Shown: piece by piece, positions 1 through 9,965 of the stretch
How positions within the stretch are numbered: the stretch's first letter is position 1
Layout of the letters: each line of letters starts with the position of its first letter
From: a virus
Lineage: Duplodnaviria > Caudoviricetes
Reading direction: 5' to 3' (one strand)
Length of the DNA stretch: 64,000 bases
Virus record (IMG/VR): IMGVR_UViG_3300037067_003427
Location: 5,505-69,504 of that record
Program-made: the position numbers and the translations under genes
The notes under the pieces: model-generated
What the model was told of the DNA's origin: nothing
Databases searched by the model: none
Seen by the model: only the letters and a program-made list of their open reading frames with translations

Positions 1-194
1 TTCGGTAAGTCTGGTTCCCGTTGTTGCGATTGCGTTGTAACGTCTGAACTTCATTGACTGGGTAGAGTTTCCGGGCAAACTTTTGCTCTGTCCAAATTTC
101 TCAAGGCATAGATAAGGCATCGCCCGTTTAAGTAACTCTGCCACAATATATGCCGCAGTTCTCGGAGAAATATCTCCGTAAGTTGTTATCATTG

Positions 195-1157
195 TTATCC
201 TCCTTGCTTATTTACAGCCTCATCAAAAGCACTTTCAAAATCATTAGCAGGTGCCATTTTAACATTTACTGCTCCTCTGCGAGTTGTCACCGCAGTCATG
301 GCAAGCATCTTTTCCTGCTTTTTGGTGTTGATTGGAATAACTTCTGCCGTTGATGGGGATGAAATTCCGTTTTCCGCTTTGAAATCATTTAGCAGTTCCA
401 CAATACTTTCAGCATCGCCTGCACTATAAGTTTCCATCATACCTTTTTGGAGGTATTTTGGCTTAGTGGCAATCCAAGTTTTGATTGATTCGTCTTCCAC
501 ATACTTTTCATAATCCGGATGGCTTTCTCTGATTGTTGCAAAGTGTTCTGCTGTTGATCTCTCTTCGCGTTCTTTTTGGGTTTCCTTCACGAGTTCTACT
601 GCCGGTGCAAGTTGGGTTGCGAATTCAGCTTTCAATTCATCTTTTAAACCATTGATATGATCGCTTATTTCCTTCCTTATCTTAGCTAGGGCTACTTCTC
701 GTTTCTTACCCTCCATTTTGGAAATCACATCAAAATCCTCTTCGTACTGTTTGAGTGCTTCCTGATCCTCTTCGCTTAAAAGAGGTGGTTCATCAACAGT
801 TGTGACTTCCTTTGGCTTTTCAGCCGGTTTCTTTGCTTCTTCGATCTGCTTCAGAAGGGTTTCCTTTTCGGTCTTCCATTCTGTTTTTTCATGATCGAAG
901 ATGCCTTTCAGGGTTTTATAACGCTGTTCATACTTCTCGTCAGATTCCCCTGGCTGTTGAAGCGACGGATCAACTGCTTCGGGAACTACAGTTTCTACCA
1001 CTGGCGCAACTTCGGGTTCTACCTTCGCTACTTCCTCTGTGATATTTTCTGGGTTGTCCTCTGGCTTCAAATCTGGTTGATCTGGTGCTCCTGAAGCTTT
1101 CTCAAATGCTTCTGCAAATTCATCTGTTTCCAATGTCCCTCTATCATCGGCTTCCAT
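195..1157 (-). CDS. Putative head scaffolding protein
   Basis: 320 aa, very acidic and coiled-coil-like, ends AFDEAVNKQGG; lies just downstream of the portal gene, the usual scaffold position before the capsid gene (inferred to be off the left edge). Confidence 0.55.
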   Translation of the reverse strand: MEADDRGTLETDEFAEAFEKASGAPDQPDLKPEDNPENITEEVAKVEPEVAPVVETVVPEAVDPSLQQPGESDEKYEQRYKTLKGIFDHEKTEWKTEKETLLKQIEEAKKPAEKPKEVTTVDEPPLLSEEDQEALKQYEEDFDVISKMEGKKREVALAKIRKEISDHINGLKDELKAEFATQLAPAVELVKETQKEREERSTAEHFATIRESHPDYEKYVEDESIKTWIATKPKYLQKGMMETYSAGDAESIVELLNDFKAENGISSPSTAEVIPINTKKQEKMLAMTAVTTRRGAVNVKMAPANDFESAFDEAVNKQGG

Positions 1158-1180
1158 AATCTATTCCTTTCTTTTAATAA

Positions 1181-1217
1181 AAAAGGCTCCGAAGGAAATT
1201 AATCCTTGGAGCCTTTT
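1181..1217 (-). terminator. Intrinsic terminator-like hairpin
   Basis: AAAAGGCTCC...GGAGCCTTTT stem, followed on the minus strand by a T-tract; sits between the small ORF at 1246-1416 and the scaffold gene. Confidence 0.6.
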
Positions 1218-1245
1218 GTCTCATACTTGATCGAGCTTTAGACTG

Positions 1246-1416
1246 TTATGTTTTTAAAAGGGGTTGCAACTTACGCTTCAAACCTTCTAGGGTTTTAAGT
1301 ATGTCAATCACTTCATCCTTCTTCATAACAATAGTGTCTGCTACATAAATTTCGGTCTTCACCTCATTTTCAGTCTTAATAACTACTTTTTGCGTATGTT
1401 GCTGAAATTGAACCAT
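1246..1416 (-). CDS. Small hypothetical protein (56 aa, MVQFQQHTQK...), below the ORF-track length cutoff
   Basis: Translated by hand: open frame from ATG at 1416 to TAA at 1246, filling the gap in the operon. Confidence 0.5.
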   Translation of the reverse strand: MVQFQQHTQKVVIKTENEVKTEIYVADTIVMKKDEVIDILKTLEGLKRKLQPLLKT

Positions 1417-1442
1417 AGTTTTTTCTCATTGTCAAGTGGTTT

Positions 1443-1682
1443 TTATTGTACGTTAGGATTCTCTCTCTCCAAGTAGTCTTTAAGCTGAACAAAACCCTCT
1501 ATTCTCCCCTGATTTTTGGGAAGTCTCATACGTCCTACAGTGTCATTCTCCTTTCTTGTTTCATCAATTAAAATGTTAAGAAGTTTTATGACCACTTTTC
1601 CTGAAGGTTGATGCTTTAACCTTATAAACTCGAATATCGCCGTTGTTTTTGGATCTAACTCTTCAGTCATTTTCTCCCTCAC
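1443..1682 (-). CDS. Hypothetical protein, coupled to portal
   Basis: ATGA overlap with the portal stop codon. Confidence 0.6.
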   Translation of the reverse strand: MREKMTEELDPKTTAIFEFIRLKHQPSGKVVIKLLNILIDETRKENDTVGRMRLPKNQGRIEGFVQLKDYLERENPNVQ

Positions 1683-3967
1683 TTTTTAGCAACTGGTTTC
1701 TTCTTCTTTTTTGCCACTATTCCACTTGAAACACTCTTTTCCTTCATTTTCATGGCATGTTCTGCGGTTTTACCCTTAATGGCAATATCGTGTGCCGCTT
1801 TTGTGGTGTCCACAGCGACTCTTACGTTATGATCTTCCTGCTGATGTTGCATGTCGATGTCATGTTTCTCATTTTCACGCCGGATTTTCTCTTCTGCCGC
1901 TGCAACTTCGGTCTGCTTTAAAGCAACATCACCTTCTACCACCCTCGGGTCAGTACTTTCACCCTGTTCCGGTGGTGTCTGGGCATCTTTTGTAGCTTCC
2001 ACATTGAATTTCTTAGCCTTGGTAAGCTGACCCATAGTCTGGGCTTTCTTGTAAGCTATATCAGCCTCTGCCTGAGCATACATAAGTTGAGTCTGTTTAC
2101 TGTTTTCACGTGCCTGACGTACTTTTTCCACTTCTTCTTCCGTTTTCAGAACGATATTGATGTCATGTGCCTTCAGTTTCTCTTTCAGGAACTCTCTTCG
2201 ATCAACATAATCCCATTCTTCGGGGGTCATGGTCGTGGTGAGTTGGGTAAGAGCTTGCATCCTTATCTCTTTCATCACCAGAGAGCTAACACCACGAGCT
2301 TTTACACTATAATCACCTTTTATGTCGGTTCTCGGGTTGAATTCCATGTTCCATGCGTACATATCTCGCATAATTCGCTCTGTAAAGGAGTCAAAATTCT
2401 TCACAACGTCTTTAATTGAGATCGTAATGGTAGCCATTCGGCCTGAAGTAGCTTGCGCCGTTTCATTATTAACCATCTGGCCTATCATCCATGTAGGAAG
2501 GGTAGTTTCTTCATCGCCAAACTGCTTGAAAGCATCCACAATCCTCAACAGTTCTTCAACATGAGAGTCGATATTATAAACTCTAAGGGCAGGATATTGG
2601 GCATCAATGCCCTTCCCCTCCCTGAACCATAGTTTTCTCGAATAGAACGAGTTAATATCAGTTCCAGGGGTTAGCAATGACCAGTTAATTTCCACCTGTG
2701 GACCAGCCACACACGCAGCGTTATCAAGTACCATCCTTGCACCGGCTGAAATGGCTAACTGGGAATGTCGCATAATACGAGCAAGACCTTCACCGTAAAG
2801 TGAAGTTTCATCCTTTTCGTAATAAAAGAGTTTATATTTGTCGAGCGCCTGATCATACAGAGTAGCCATAATAGGTTTCTGACCAAGAAGCCATACGTTC
2901 GCTGCATATTCAAGCTCAACATCTTCTATCTCCAGTCCACAGGCGGCCAAATCGTGTCCATCCACATATCCCCAGTATTCAAGAACTTCATATTTCTTTC
3001 CCATCTGGGTATTTGTTGATCTACTTGTATCATATGTTCCTGCACTCACATATGAAGCGCCATCTTTTCTTCCCATGGACGTTTCACTTTCAATTACCTG
3101 AAGATCAACTTCCCAGTTTTTAGGAACGTAATCACCATCTCTATGATCGTTAAGATATTCTTTGATCATTTCCGGGTAAAAATCTGGTCGTTTAAGAAGT
3201 TGGCGAAGATCGTGTTTGGTCATAAGGTGTCGTTCAAACGATCCCTCTATGCCCTCAATATCGGTAACACTCATATCTGGATACCAATCCCATATACGGA
3301 TGGCTTCAAAAAAAGGAATCTTCTCTGTTTGAGTTGATTCAATGTAGTCACCACCAGTAGTATCCGGTTCCCATTTCCGTTTTGTGCGATTACTGATCAT
3401 CGGTCCTTTCATGATGCCGGTTCCATATAAAAGACCTGACCGAAGAACCTTCTTTGTTTCTTCTGGATAATCCATTTCAATAAACTGATCGTCTATAACA
3501 CTTGACATTCTTGCACAACGATCCTGAACTTCTTTCTTGATAGCAAGTCTAAGTTCTTCTATATCTGGAGCGATGGGAGATTCGAGTGGCTGACCGTTTT
3601 CATCAACCGTCTTCACCAAAGCAAGAGCAATCTCTTTAACGAGTTCTCGTGACACCTTTGGTTCTGGAGTGGGTTCTATTTCCCAATTCTTATCCGTATC
3701 GGGAAAAAGCATTTCATGAAGTCTGGAAAGGACAATGTTAACCTTAGAACGGGTTATTTTTGGATATACTCTGGAATGGTTGGCGTCTATCTTTATATCG
3801 GGATCGTATATGCCTTTCATCTGACGAAGACATTCAAGCCACTCAAGTTCTTTTGGTCTACGATATGATTCGTTTATGGAAAATTGATTCCTGAGTCTAT
3901 AACCGAAGGACCGCATTGCTTCACTATTGCGTTCCGGTTTGCTGAACGCCTGTTGTATCTGATCCAT
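1679..3967 (-). CDS. Portal protein (P22-like podovirus type)
   Basis: 762 aa, directly downstream of TerL; long C-terminal coiled-coil; motifs such as LYGTGIMKGP, YEVLEYWG and QATSG typical of podoviral portals. Confidence 0.8.
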   Translation of the reverse strand: MDQIQQAFSKPERNSEAMRSFGYRLRNQFSINESYRRPKELEWLECLRQMKGIYDPDIKIDANHSRVYPKITRSKVNIVLSRLHEMLFPDTDKNWEIEPTPEPKVSRELVKEIALALVKTVDENGQPLESPIAPDIEELRLAIKKEVQDRCARMSSVIDDQFIEMDYPEETKKVLRSGLLYGTGIMKGPMISNRTKRKWEPDTTGGDYIESTQTEKIPFFEAIRIWDWYPDMSVTDIEGIEGSFERHLMTKHDLRQLLKRPDFYPEMIKEYLNDHRDGDYVPKNWEVDLQVIESETSMGRKDGASYVSAGTYDTSRSTNTQMGKKYEVLEYWGYVDGHDLAACGLEIEDVELEYAANVWLLGQKPIMATLYDQALDKYKLFYYEKDETSLYGEGLARIMRHSQLAISAGARMVLDNAACVAGPQVEINWSLLTPGTDINSFYSRKLWFREGKGIDAQYPALRVYNIDSHVEELLRIVDAFKQFGDEETTLPTWMIGQMVNNETAQATSGRMATITISIKDVVKNFDSFTERIMRDMYAWNMEFNPRTDIKGDYSVKARGVSSLVMKEIRMQALTQLTTTMTPEEWDYVDRREFLKEKLKAHDINIVLKTEEEVEKVRQARENSKQTQLMYAQAEADIAYKKAQTMGQLTKAKKFNVEATKDAQTPPEQGESTDPRVVEGDVALKQTEVAAAEEKIRRENEKHDIDMQHQQEDHNVRVAVDTTKAAHDIAIKGKTAEHAMKMKEKSVSSGIVAKKKKKPVAKK

Positions 3968-3999
3968 ACTCTTACTCCTTTAATCCCTCGGTTTGGGTA

Positions 4000-6387
4000 T
4001 CAATACCCTGTTATCGATTGTGACGGTACGTACTTCTGTTGTTGAACCTGTGCCGCAAATGCTTTCCATCTTTTATCGTTTGATTCCTTATCCTGAATAT
4101 ATAAACACAGCATTTCTAAACTATCAGCAACATGAGAGGAAAAGTTCTTTTCTGGAACTGGTTTATATTCTTCTCCCGTCGTCTTCGGTTCTTTTTCGTA
4201 ATGATACCCCCCGTTCATTGCCTTGCGAAGATTGTGGCAATTTGGAGATATAATTAGACCCGGTTCGCCACGATACATCTTATTAAGAAAGAATTCAACA
4301 GCACCTACCCTCGGCATAATTGCATTGGTTGGTGCAGGAACTACATTTCTCAATCCTACATCTGGACCTTGAAGAACCTCAAAACACGTTGATTCATCCG
4401 TTGGAGAACGGGAAGTTCCTGCTGGATCTCCAAATCCCATCACGTTCATTCCAAAATACTTCTGTCGAAGCAAAGGAAGTAGTTCATTTTCGCAAAACTG
4501 TCTTATCCCCCCTACCCCAGTCAACTCATCAAGAATCCTTAGTTGACCAAGAGGAGTAATCTGTCCTATGACCACCGTGGGATTAAGTCCAAAGTCAAAT
4601 CCGACAATAACATCTCGTCCTTTAATTGGTTCTAATATATTTGGAGCAACGTGGACATTATCAACAAAACTTCCAAAGACAGGTTTTCCGCTGATGAGGA
4701 ATCCATACTGCCCATGAATATAAACACGGATATACATCTCGCTTTTCCCTTTGGCGAGGTTTTGGTAGTAATTCTTGGCAATATGTTTGGTATTCTCTGC
4801 GTGTGCGGAAAGGCCAGAAGGTTGTTTGAACATTTTGAAATTGTCTGGTTTGATTTTCTCGGCAATATTATAAAGGGTTGAACCTTCGTCTGGAGGGTTT
4901 GTATCCATGAACATTCCATACCATGAAGCACCACCATCTCTTTTTGAAGGATAACGGCCTATACGAGAATCCATGGCCTCTATAATACTCCACGGAATCT
5001 CACGGACTTCATTGAACCATGCCCATGTTACTTCAAGAGAAAGAAGATTGGAAACTTGGTCTGGACGGTCAAGAGCACGAAAGATAACCTCATGATGAAC
5101 GCCGGGAACTTTTGTAAATATATAGGTATGGTCAGTTACCCTCCACTCGCCAAAAATACGTGGAGGAAACCAGTCATGATACGTTTTGATAGTAGTATCG
5201 CGTAGTTGCGTATAACTGTTCCTCACAACAACAGAACGTGACCGCCTTATTCCGTCTGGTCCAGGAACTTGCTCTTGCGCTCTTTTGAAGTCTTCAATAA
5301 CACAACCACTGCTCTTTCCGGAATTACCAGTTATAAAAATTTTATCATTTCTTCTCGCAACAAAAAAACCTGTTTCGGTTTCAAAACAATATTGCCTTTC
5401 TACATATATCTTTTCAGCTAAAGTCTTTTTTGTATCGTGACGCATACCGACAAAAGGACGCGATTGATTTTCGATAACATTGTAACAATCTTGCTGACCG
5501 ACACCTTGATGGATCAATGATATGGACGCCCTGATGCCATGACATGCAAAAACATATTGCATGAAATCTGCGTCTTTCTTTTGTGTTGTTGAAAATATTC
5601 TTACCCCACATCTATTTTCTTCACATCCATCCCAATGAATCATCTCATCAAGAATAATCCCAAGTTGATATTTTGATGATCTCCAATATTTAGTGAGCGT
5701 TTTGTTTCTTTCCGGTGCATCGAAAACATAAATAAATTCCGTTGGTCTTCCGGGATAATTTCGTACTTCAAACTCAATCCCCATACGAGTTAAAAGATAC
5801 GATAACCGTTCTCTTTTTCTAATTCTACGTAAACCAATATAACACTTTAATTCATTACTATAAATTTTCGGAAAGTGTCCATCTGCACATATGGCAACCA
5901 TAAGTCTTAATTCGTCATCGGACAAATCAATACTGCTTTTCCCTTCGTAATTAAATGCAGTCGGAATCATTCCATCCCAACCTGATAATAATTTATTGTG
6001 TTCATCAAAAACTTCTTTGGCGGTTATAACTCTAAACACCTTATTATTATACTTTTTATTAAACAATACTCTATGATTTGGAGTAAGTACCATATCTAAC
6101 CCACGCGATTTAAAGTGGTACATTTCTCCGTTATACGGTTGATTTATGTAATTTACAGGGTTATTGAATGTCATTATATCTGTAGATGGATCATATTGAG
6201 CAATCAAATGATTATCCCACTGATCTATTCTAACCCATCCTTCTTGTGACAAAAATTCAGTGTCTCCAGACAGACAAGCAAATGGTCCCATAAGACAACG
6301 CATCCTTGTGTTATCCATTGCGAACTTCTTGATGGTGGGTACATCAGAATAATCATATAAAACCTGGAAGTCCTTACTATCGTTCAT
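4000..6387 (-). CDS. terL: Terminase large subunit, interrupted by an intein
   Basis: Spliced Walker A GPFA|SGKS; Walker B-like AWFNEVRE; motif MDTNPP; C-terminal RNase H-like nuclease motifs GFDFGLNP and SHVADSLE. Confidence 0.93.
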   Translation of the reverse strand: MNDSKDFQVLYDYSDVPTIKKFAMDNTRMRCLMGPFACLSGDTEFLSQEGWVRIDQWDNHLIAQYDPSTDIMTFNNPVNYINQPYNGEMYHFKSRGLDMVLTPNHRVLFNKKYNNKVFRVITAKEVFDEHNKLLSGWDGMIPTAFNYEGKSSIDLSDDELRLMVAICADGHFPKIYSNELKCYIGLRRIRKRERLSYLLTRMGIEFEVRNYPGRPTEFIYVFDAPERNKTLTKYWRSSKYQLGIILDEMIHWDGCEENRCGVRIFSTTQKKDADFMQYVFACHGIRASISLIHQGVGQQDCYNVIENQSRPFVGMRHDTKKTLAEKIYVERQYCFETETGFFVARRNDKIFITGNSGKSSGCVIEDFKRAQEQVPGPDGIRRSRSVVVRNSYTQLRDTTIKTYHDWFPPRIFGEWRVTDHTYIFTKVPGVHHEVIFRALDRPDQVSNLLSLEVTWAWFNEVREIPWSIIEAMDSRIGRYPSKRDGGASWYGMFMDTNPPDEGSTLYNIAEKIKPDNFKMFKQPSGLSAHAENTKHIAKNYYQNLAKGKSEMYIRVYIHGQYGFLISGKPVFGSFVDNVHVAPNILEPIKGRDVIVGFDFGLNPTVVIGQITPLGQLRILDELTGVGGIRQFCENELLPLLRQKYFGMNVMGFGDPAGTSRSPTDESTCFEVLQGPDVGLRNVVPAPTNAIMPRVGAVEFFLNKMYRGEPGLIISPNCHNLRKAMNGGYHYEKEPKTTGEEYKPVPEKNFSSHVADSLEMLCLYIQDKESNDKRWKAFAAQVQQQKYVPSQSITGY
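5323..6276 (-). mobile_element. Intein (318 aa) with LAGLIDADG homing endonuclease
   Basis: Begins CLSGDTE (Cys38); block B LTPNHRV; LAGLIDADG-like motifs MVAICADG and EMIHWDG; ends YCFETETGFFVARRNDKIFITGN followed by Ser+1. Confidence 0.92.
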
Positions 6388-6394
6388 CTTTACC

Positions 6395-6559
6395 CTACTT
6401 TATACCGTTCCATAATACTTTAACGAACTCTGCATTGTCTTCATTGGCTTCTTTGTATCCCATTATAAGACAACTTATCGGTAAAATAATTATGTACGAA
6501 ATGGGAATCATCCACCAAGCGATTAACAGACGGAGCAATAAGATTCTTATTCTTTTCAT
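6395..6559 (-). CDS. Small membrane protein
   Basis: Hydrophobic stretch ILLLRLLIAWWMIPISYIIILPISCLIM; start moved to MKRI. Confidence 0.45.
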   Translation of the reverse strand: MKRIRILLLRLLIAWWMIPISYIIILPISCLIMGYKEANEDNAEFVKVLWNGIK

Positions 6560-6563
6560 TTCA

Positions 6564-6872
6564 TCACCCCGGACCAACAGTTTGATCAGTTACCTTTGCG
6601 TACAGTCTGAAAACAGAACTATTCGCTGGTGTGTTTGGAATCGGATATGAACTCGCTTCTATTCCTACTCTTAGAAACTGAGGTGTGAAAAGGAGGGGTG
6701 ACATTCTCATGGAATCCTCTTTAAAGGGTTGTCCTGTTTCTTCATCCATTTCACCCTTTTTGAAAAACCTGAATGCTCTTGGTTTGTTTAATTTGTTTCC
6801 GCCACTCATCTTACCCACCAGAAGCATCCCATGCATAAACACCGTCGTAAGAACTCCCTCATCTTTTTCCAT
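6564..6872 (-). CDS. Hypothetical protein
   Basis: Tightly packed in the operon with an upstream RBS. Confidence 0.55.
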   Translation of the reverse strand: MEKDEGVLTTVFMHGMLLVGKMSGGNKLNKPRAFRFFKKGEMDEETGQPFKEDSMRMSPLLFTPQFLRVGIEASSYPIPNTPANSSVFRLYAKVTDQTVGPG

Positions 6873-6875
6873 TTT

Positions 6876-7124
6876 TTATTCTCCTTTTGCTTCACACGGA
6901 ATTGTTGAAAATAGTAATTCTACCTCCGAATCACTGATAAGGCGGTATGACCTTTCAAATACATCTTTTGGCGACCATGATATATATCCATCTTCGTAAC
7001 GAACCTTGTGTCCCGGCCTTGTCTCTCTATTTGATACATCCCCACCTCTTATCTTCTTTAAAAACGAACATTCATCCATTTCTTCCGCAGTAATTATTTT
7101 GGTTCCTATATACGTCTTTTCCAT
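6876..7124 (-). CDS. Conserved phage protein (YIGTK...GYISWSPKDVFE domain, often fused to DUF2829-type domains)
   Basis: Recognisable motif; start re-assigned to MEKTY, which has GGAGG at proper spacing. Confidence 0.6.
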   Translation of the reverse strand: MEKTYIGTKIITAEEMDECSFLKKIRGGDVSNRETRPGHKVRYEDGYISWSPKDVFERSYRLISDSEVELLFSTIPCEAKGE

Positions 7125-7144
7125 TTTCATCCCTCCCTCATTTT

Positions 7145-7160
7145 TTCCAGATGTCTGGAA
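7145..7160. repeat. Dispersed 16-bp quasi-palindrome, copy 1
   Basis: TTCCAGATGTCTGGAA, just upstream of the RBS of 6876-7124. Confidence 0.95.
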
Positions 7161-7431
7161 TTTTTGTTGCAATGGTTTTTTTATAATTATTATCGTTGTC
7201 ATATGTTTATGACACTTTTCTTTCCCATTTTTTGTACAAATTGGACACTTCAATCTGTCACCCCATTCTTTTCGCATTTCCTGTTGTGTTCTCCTATAAA
7301 TTCCTTTGACAATGGTTTATATCCTCTTAAACGATATATTTCTTTTACAAGTTGACCGTTCCGTCTTTCAACAAGTTCACACCTATTCTTCCAATATTGA
7401 GTATCTTTATCCATATCCGTCTCCAAGAATT

Positions 7432-7447
7432 TTCCAGATGTCTGGAA
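7432..7447. repeat. Dispersed 16-bp quasi-palindrome, copy 2
   Basis: TTCCAGATGTCTGGAA, just downstream of the 7465-7647 ORF. Confidence 0.95.
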
Positions 7448-7464
7448 ATTTTCAGTCTGCCATA

Positions 7465-7647
7465 CTAAATTGTCACGTTATTGACGTTTCCGCACTTTTC
7501 ACACTTTAATTCAAATTTTCCACGGAACTCCCTGGAGTCTTCTCTACATTCCTTGGTTTTTGTATTCATCACATTCCCGCAATGAATAACAAAAGGTAAT
7601 TTAATATCAGCAATTAACTCATTGCATCTTGTACAGTATATTTTCAT
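7465..7647 (-). CDS. Small zinc-ribbon protein
   Basis: CTRC...CEKC motif pair; start at MKIYC abuts the FkbM stop. Confidence 0.5.
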   Translation of the reverse strand: MKIYCTRCNELIADIKLPFVIHCGNVMNTKTKECREDSREFRGKFELKCEKCGNVNNVTI

Positions 7648-7648
7648 A

Positions 7649-8314
7649 TCAGTCTGCCATACGGCAACTTTCAATGCAAAGAATCTTCACCCTGTTTGAA
7701 AGCCAGTTTGCAAGTCCATCAATCCTTCTTCCGTCATAATCTAAACGAGCATTTATGTGTTGTTCGCCAACATAATATTCAACCTTTTTAAGTGACTCTT
7801 CTCCATTATATAAGATGTCGTATTCAGCGCCCTCAGTGTCACACTTCATGAGTTTTACTTTATCGATGTTAAATCTCTGGAACGCTTCATCAAGAGTAAT
7901 AATGTCACATTCTGCTTTTTCATGCCATTTCGGATTGAAAGTCATAAAAGAAGAGGACCCTCCTGAGTCCCCTTTCTTCCCGAAGAATATTTGAACCTTT
8001 CCATTTATCTTTCCCAGACCGATGTTATGAGGTTCGATATTAACACCATTTAATTCGATGTTTCTTAACAATGTAGCATAGGTTCTCGGGACAGGTTCAA
8101 GAGAAATGATTCGTGCTTCTGGAAAACATTTGGCCATAAGAATAGAGAACATCCCTTCACACGCACCTACATCGAGAATCGTATCTCCCTTTCCGAATAC
8201 AAGTTTGCTCTGAAGCACCTTATAATTATCTGAAAAGATTTCCGTTATTAGGTCCTTTGCCATGAATGTTTCTTCAAAATAGAATTTCACTCCCCCAAAT
8301 TCATGTTCAATCAT
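7649..8314 (-). CDS. FkbM-family SAM-dependent methyltransferase
   Basis: Motifs ILDVGACEG, ISLEPVP and LMKCDTEGAEYDIL. Confidence 0.85.
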   Translation of the reverse strand: MIEHEFGGVKFYFEETFMAKDLITEIFSDNYKVLQSKLVFGKGDTILDVGACEGMFSILMAKCFPEARIISLEPVPRTYATLLRNIELNGVNIEPHNIGLGKINGKVQIFFGKKGDSGGSSSFMTFNPKWHEKAECDIITLDEAFQRFNIDKVKLMKCDTEGAEYDILYNGEESLKKVEYYVGEQHINARLDYDGRRIDGLANWLSNRVKILCIESCRMAD

Positions 8315-8472
8315 TATTCTTCCTCAATTTTTTAATAATGTTTATAACTGAACTGCATGACAATCCAGATCCATACGGTTCTCTTAAAACTCCACTTTCT
8401 TTTAAAGAACGTCTTTCCTTTTTTGAAATAACAATATCCTTTACTAAATATTTTAGTCTACCGAATTCATGT

Positions 8473-9054
8473 TCAATAATTCCATCCCCCATATTGTTCT
8501 TCATCCCTTTGTTTCTCAAGTTCAACAATAGACACAACTCCCATTATGTCATCTATAACAAGCAATGGAACTATTTTTTTAATTGCTTCGTCTGAACAAT
8601 CCCACCATTTTAATTCAAGAAGTCTTTTAATGTGCCATTCAGGAAGTCTGTATCTTATAAGTTCGGCCGGATTTCCACCTACTATTTCATAGGGATTTAC
8701 ATCTCGTACAACATGGGATCGTGCAGCAATGACTGCCCCATCTCCTATCGTCACACCACGCATAATCGTTACATCTCTTCCTATCCATACGTCGTTTCCT
8801 ATAATAACGTCTGGTTTTTCGGTAAACATGGGAGGAGGAGCAATCGGGAAGACATCTGTGTGGGCATAGCCGAATCCATAAGTGGACAGTGCTCTCGAAT
8901 TGTGCCTACCTCCCAGTATGATATGAACGTTTTTAGCAATGGAACAGAAGGCGCCAATCTCCACCTTCCCTTCACCATCCCAACAATGAACCGTAATGTT
9001 GTACGCTTCAGAAGAATACTTTCCTACTTTTGTAATTGCAGGACTTAGAGACAT
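8473..9054 (-). CDS. CatB/Vat-related hexapeptide-repeat (LbH) O-acetyltransferase
   Basis: IGAFCSIA, IGNDVWIGRDVTIMRGVTIGDGAVIAARSHV, VGGNPA, LLELKWWD. Confidence 0.85.
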   Translation of the reverse strand: MSLSPAITKVGKYSSEAYNITVHCWDGEGKVEIGAFCSIAKNVHIILGGRHNSRALSTYGFGYAHTDVFPIAPPPMFTEKPDVIIGNDVWIGRDVTIMRGVTIGDGAVIAARSHVVRDVNPYEIVGGNPAELIRYRLPEWHIKRLLELKWWDCSDEAIKKIVPLLVIDDIMGVVSIVELEKQRDEEQYGGWNY

Positions 9055-9239
9055 ACCCTGTTCCTTTTTTTGGCCAATAATCGTGTAACTCTTTTCTGTT
9101 TTTTAATTTTATTCTTTTCCCTTCTACCTTCAGCTTTATAACGGGCGCATTTTACTTTGTTGCGTCCATACTTTTTTGCTCCCTTACCACCCTCCTTTCT
9201 TCGTTTCTTAGTAATAACAACCTTTGCCGTTTTTGCCAT
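9045..9239 (-). CDS. Small, highly basic protein
   Basis: 64 aa, K/R-rich (KYGRNKVKCARYKAEGRREKNK); possible nucleic-acid binder. Confidence 0.5.
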   Translation of the reverse strand: MAKTAKVVITKKRRKEGGKGAKKYGRNKVKCARYKAEGRREKNKIKKQKRVTRLLAKKRNRVCL

Positions 9240-9299
9240 GACATTTCACCTCCTTTTCGCTAGTGTTCTGTCATGGCATCACCTCACTGTTTCTTTTCA

Positions 9300-9965
9300 T
9301 TATTCCTCCTCTTTTTTTGTTTCCTCGTGCATACCCCCCAGTAACATTTCAGGCGCTGCGGTTTGAGATACCTCTTCTTCGTAAGGCGTAAGATCGCTTT
9401 CCGGATTTGTGGCACGTTCGAGTTGCTTCAAGTCAATCCCCGTATTCATCTGTTTCTCAAGTAGTTTCTCATCCTCCAGACCTTTTAGGACCACATAAAC
9501 CATTCTGTTAGAATTAACACCTTCTTCTTTAGACCTTATTCTCGCAGCCATAAGCGAAGACTCGATCTTCATAAGTTCTTTGACCATAAACTTGAACTCA
9601 GAATCTGCCTTCATCATATCGACTAGTCGTTGTCTGCCCTTTTTCCTTCCGTTGCCCACTGAATTTCTATAGGCATATCTCAGATCCTGAAGCATCTGAT
9701 ATGCAGACTTTGCATCGCCGGAATCAAACTTTTCCACCACCTCGTCCACTTCAACCACTTCCGGAACTATCCCCGCTTCTCGTTCAGCCTTCAGTCTTTT
9801 TTTGTTGGCGTTGGCCTTATCGCGTCCACTTTGCATAGCAGCGCGTTGCTGAATCTTTCTCAGTTCTTCTTTGGAATAGTTTCCCTTTTTCTTTTCGTTG
9901 AAGTAATCAGATATCGGTGCATCTTTGGTAGGTTTACCACCATTCTTGGTAGTCATTCCAAACAC
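9300..9965 (-). CDS. Hypothetical protein, possible terminase small subunit
   Basis: 221 aa, helical and charged, near the start of the packaging operon; function inferred from position only. Confidence 0.35.
   Translation of the reverse strand: MFGMTTKNGGKPTKDAPISDYFNEKKKGNYSKEELRKIQQRAAMQSGRDKANANKKRLKAEREAGIVPEVVEVDEVVEKFDSGDAKSAYQMLQDLRYAYRNSVGNGRKKGRQRLVDMMKADSEFKFMVKELMKIESSLMAARIRSKEEGVNSNRMVYVVLKGLEDEKLLEKQMNTGIDLKQLERATNPESDLTPYEEEVSQTAAPEMLLGGMHEETKKEEE

Noticed and set aside
8473-9054. Bona fide antibiotic resistance gene (catB/vat)
   Set aside because: The LbH fold is shared by many sugar O-acetyltransferases. Context favours glycan tailoring, and resistance cannot be claimed from motifs alone.
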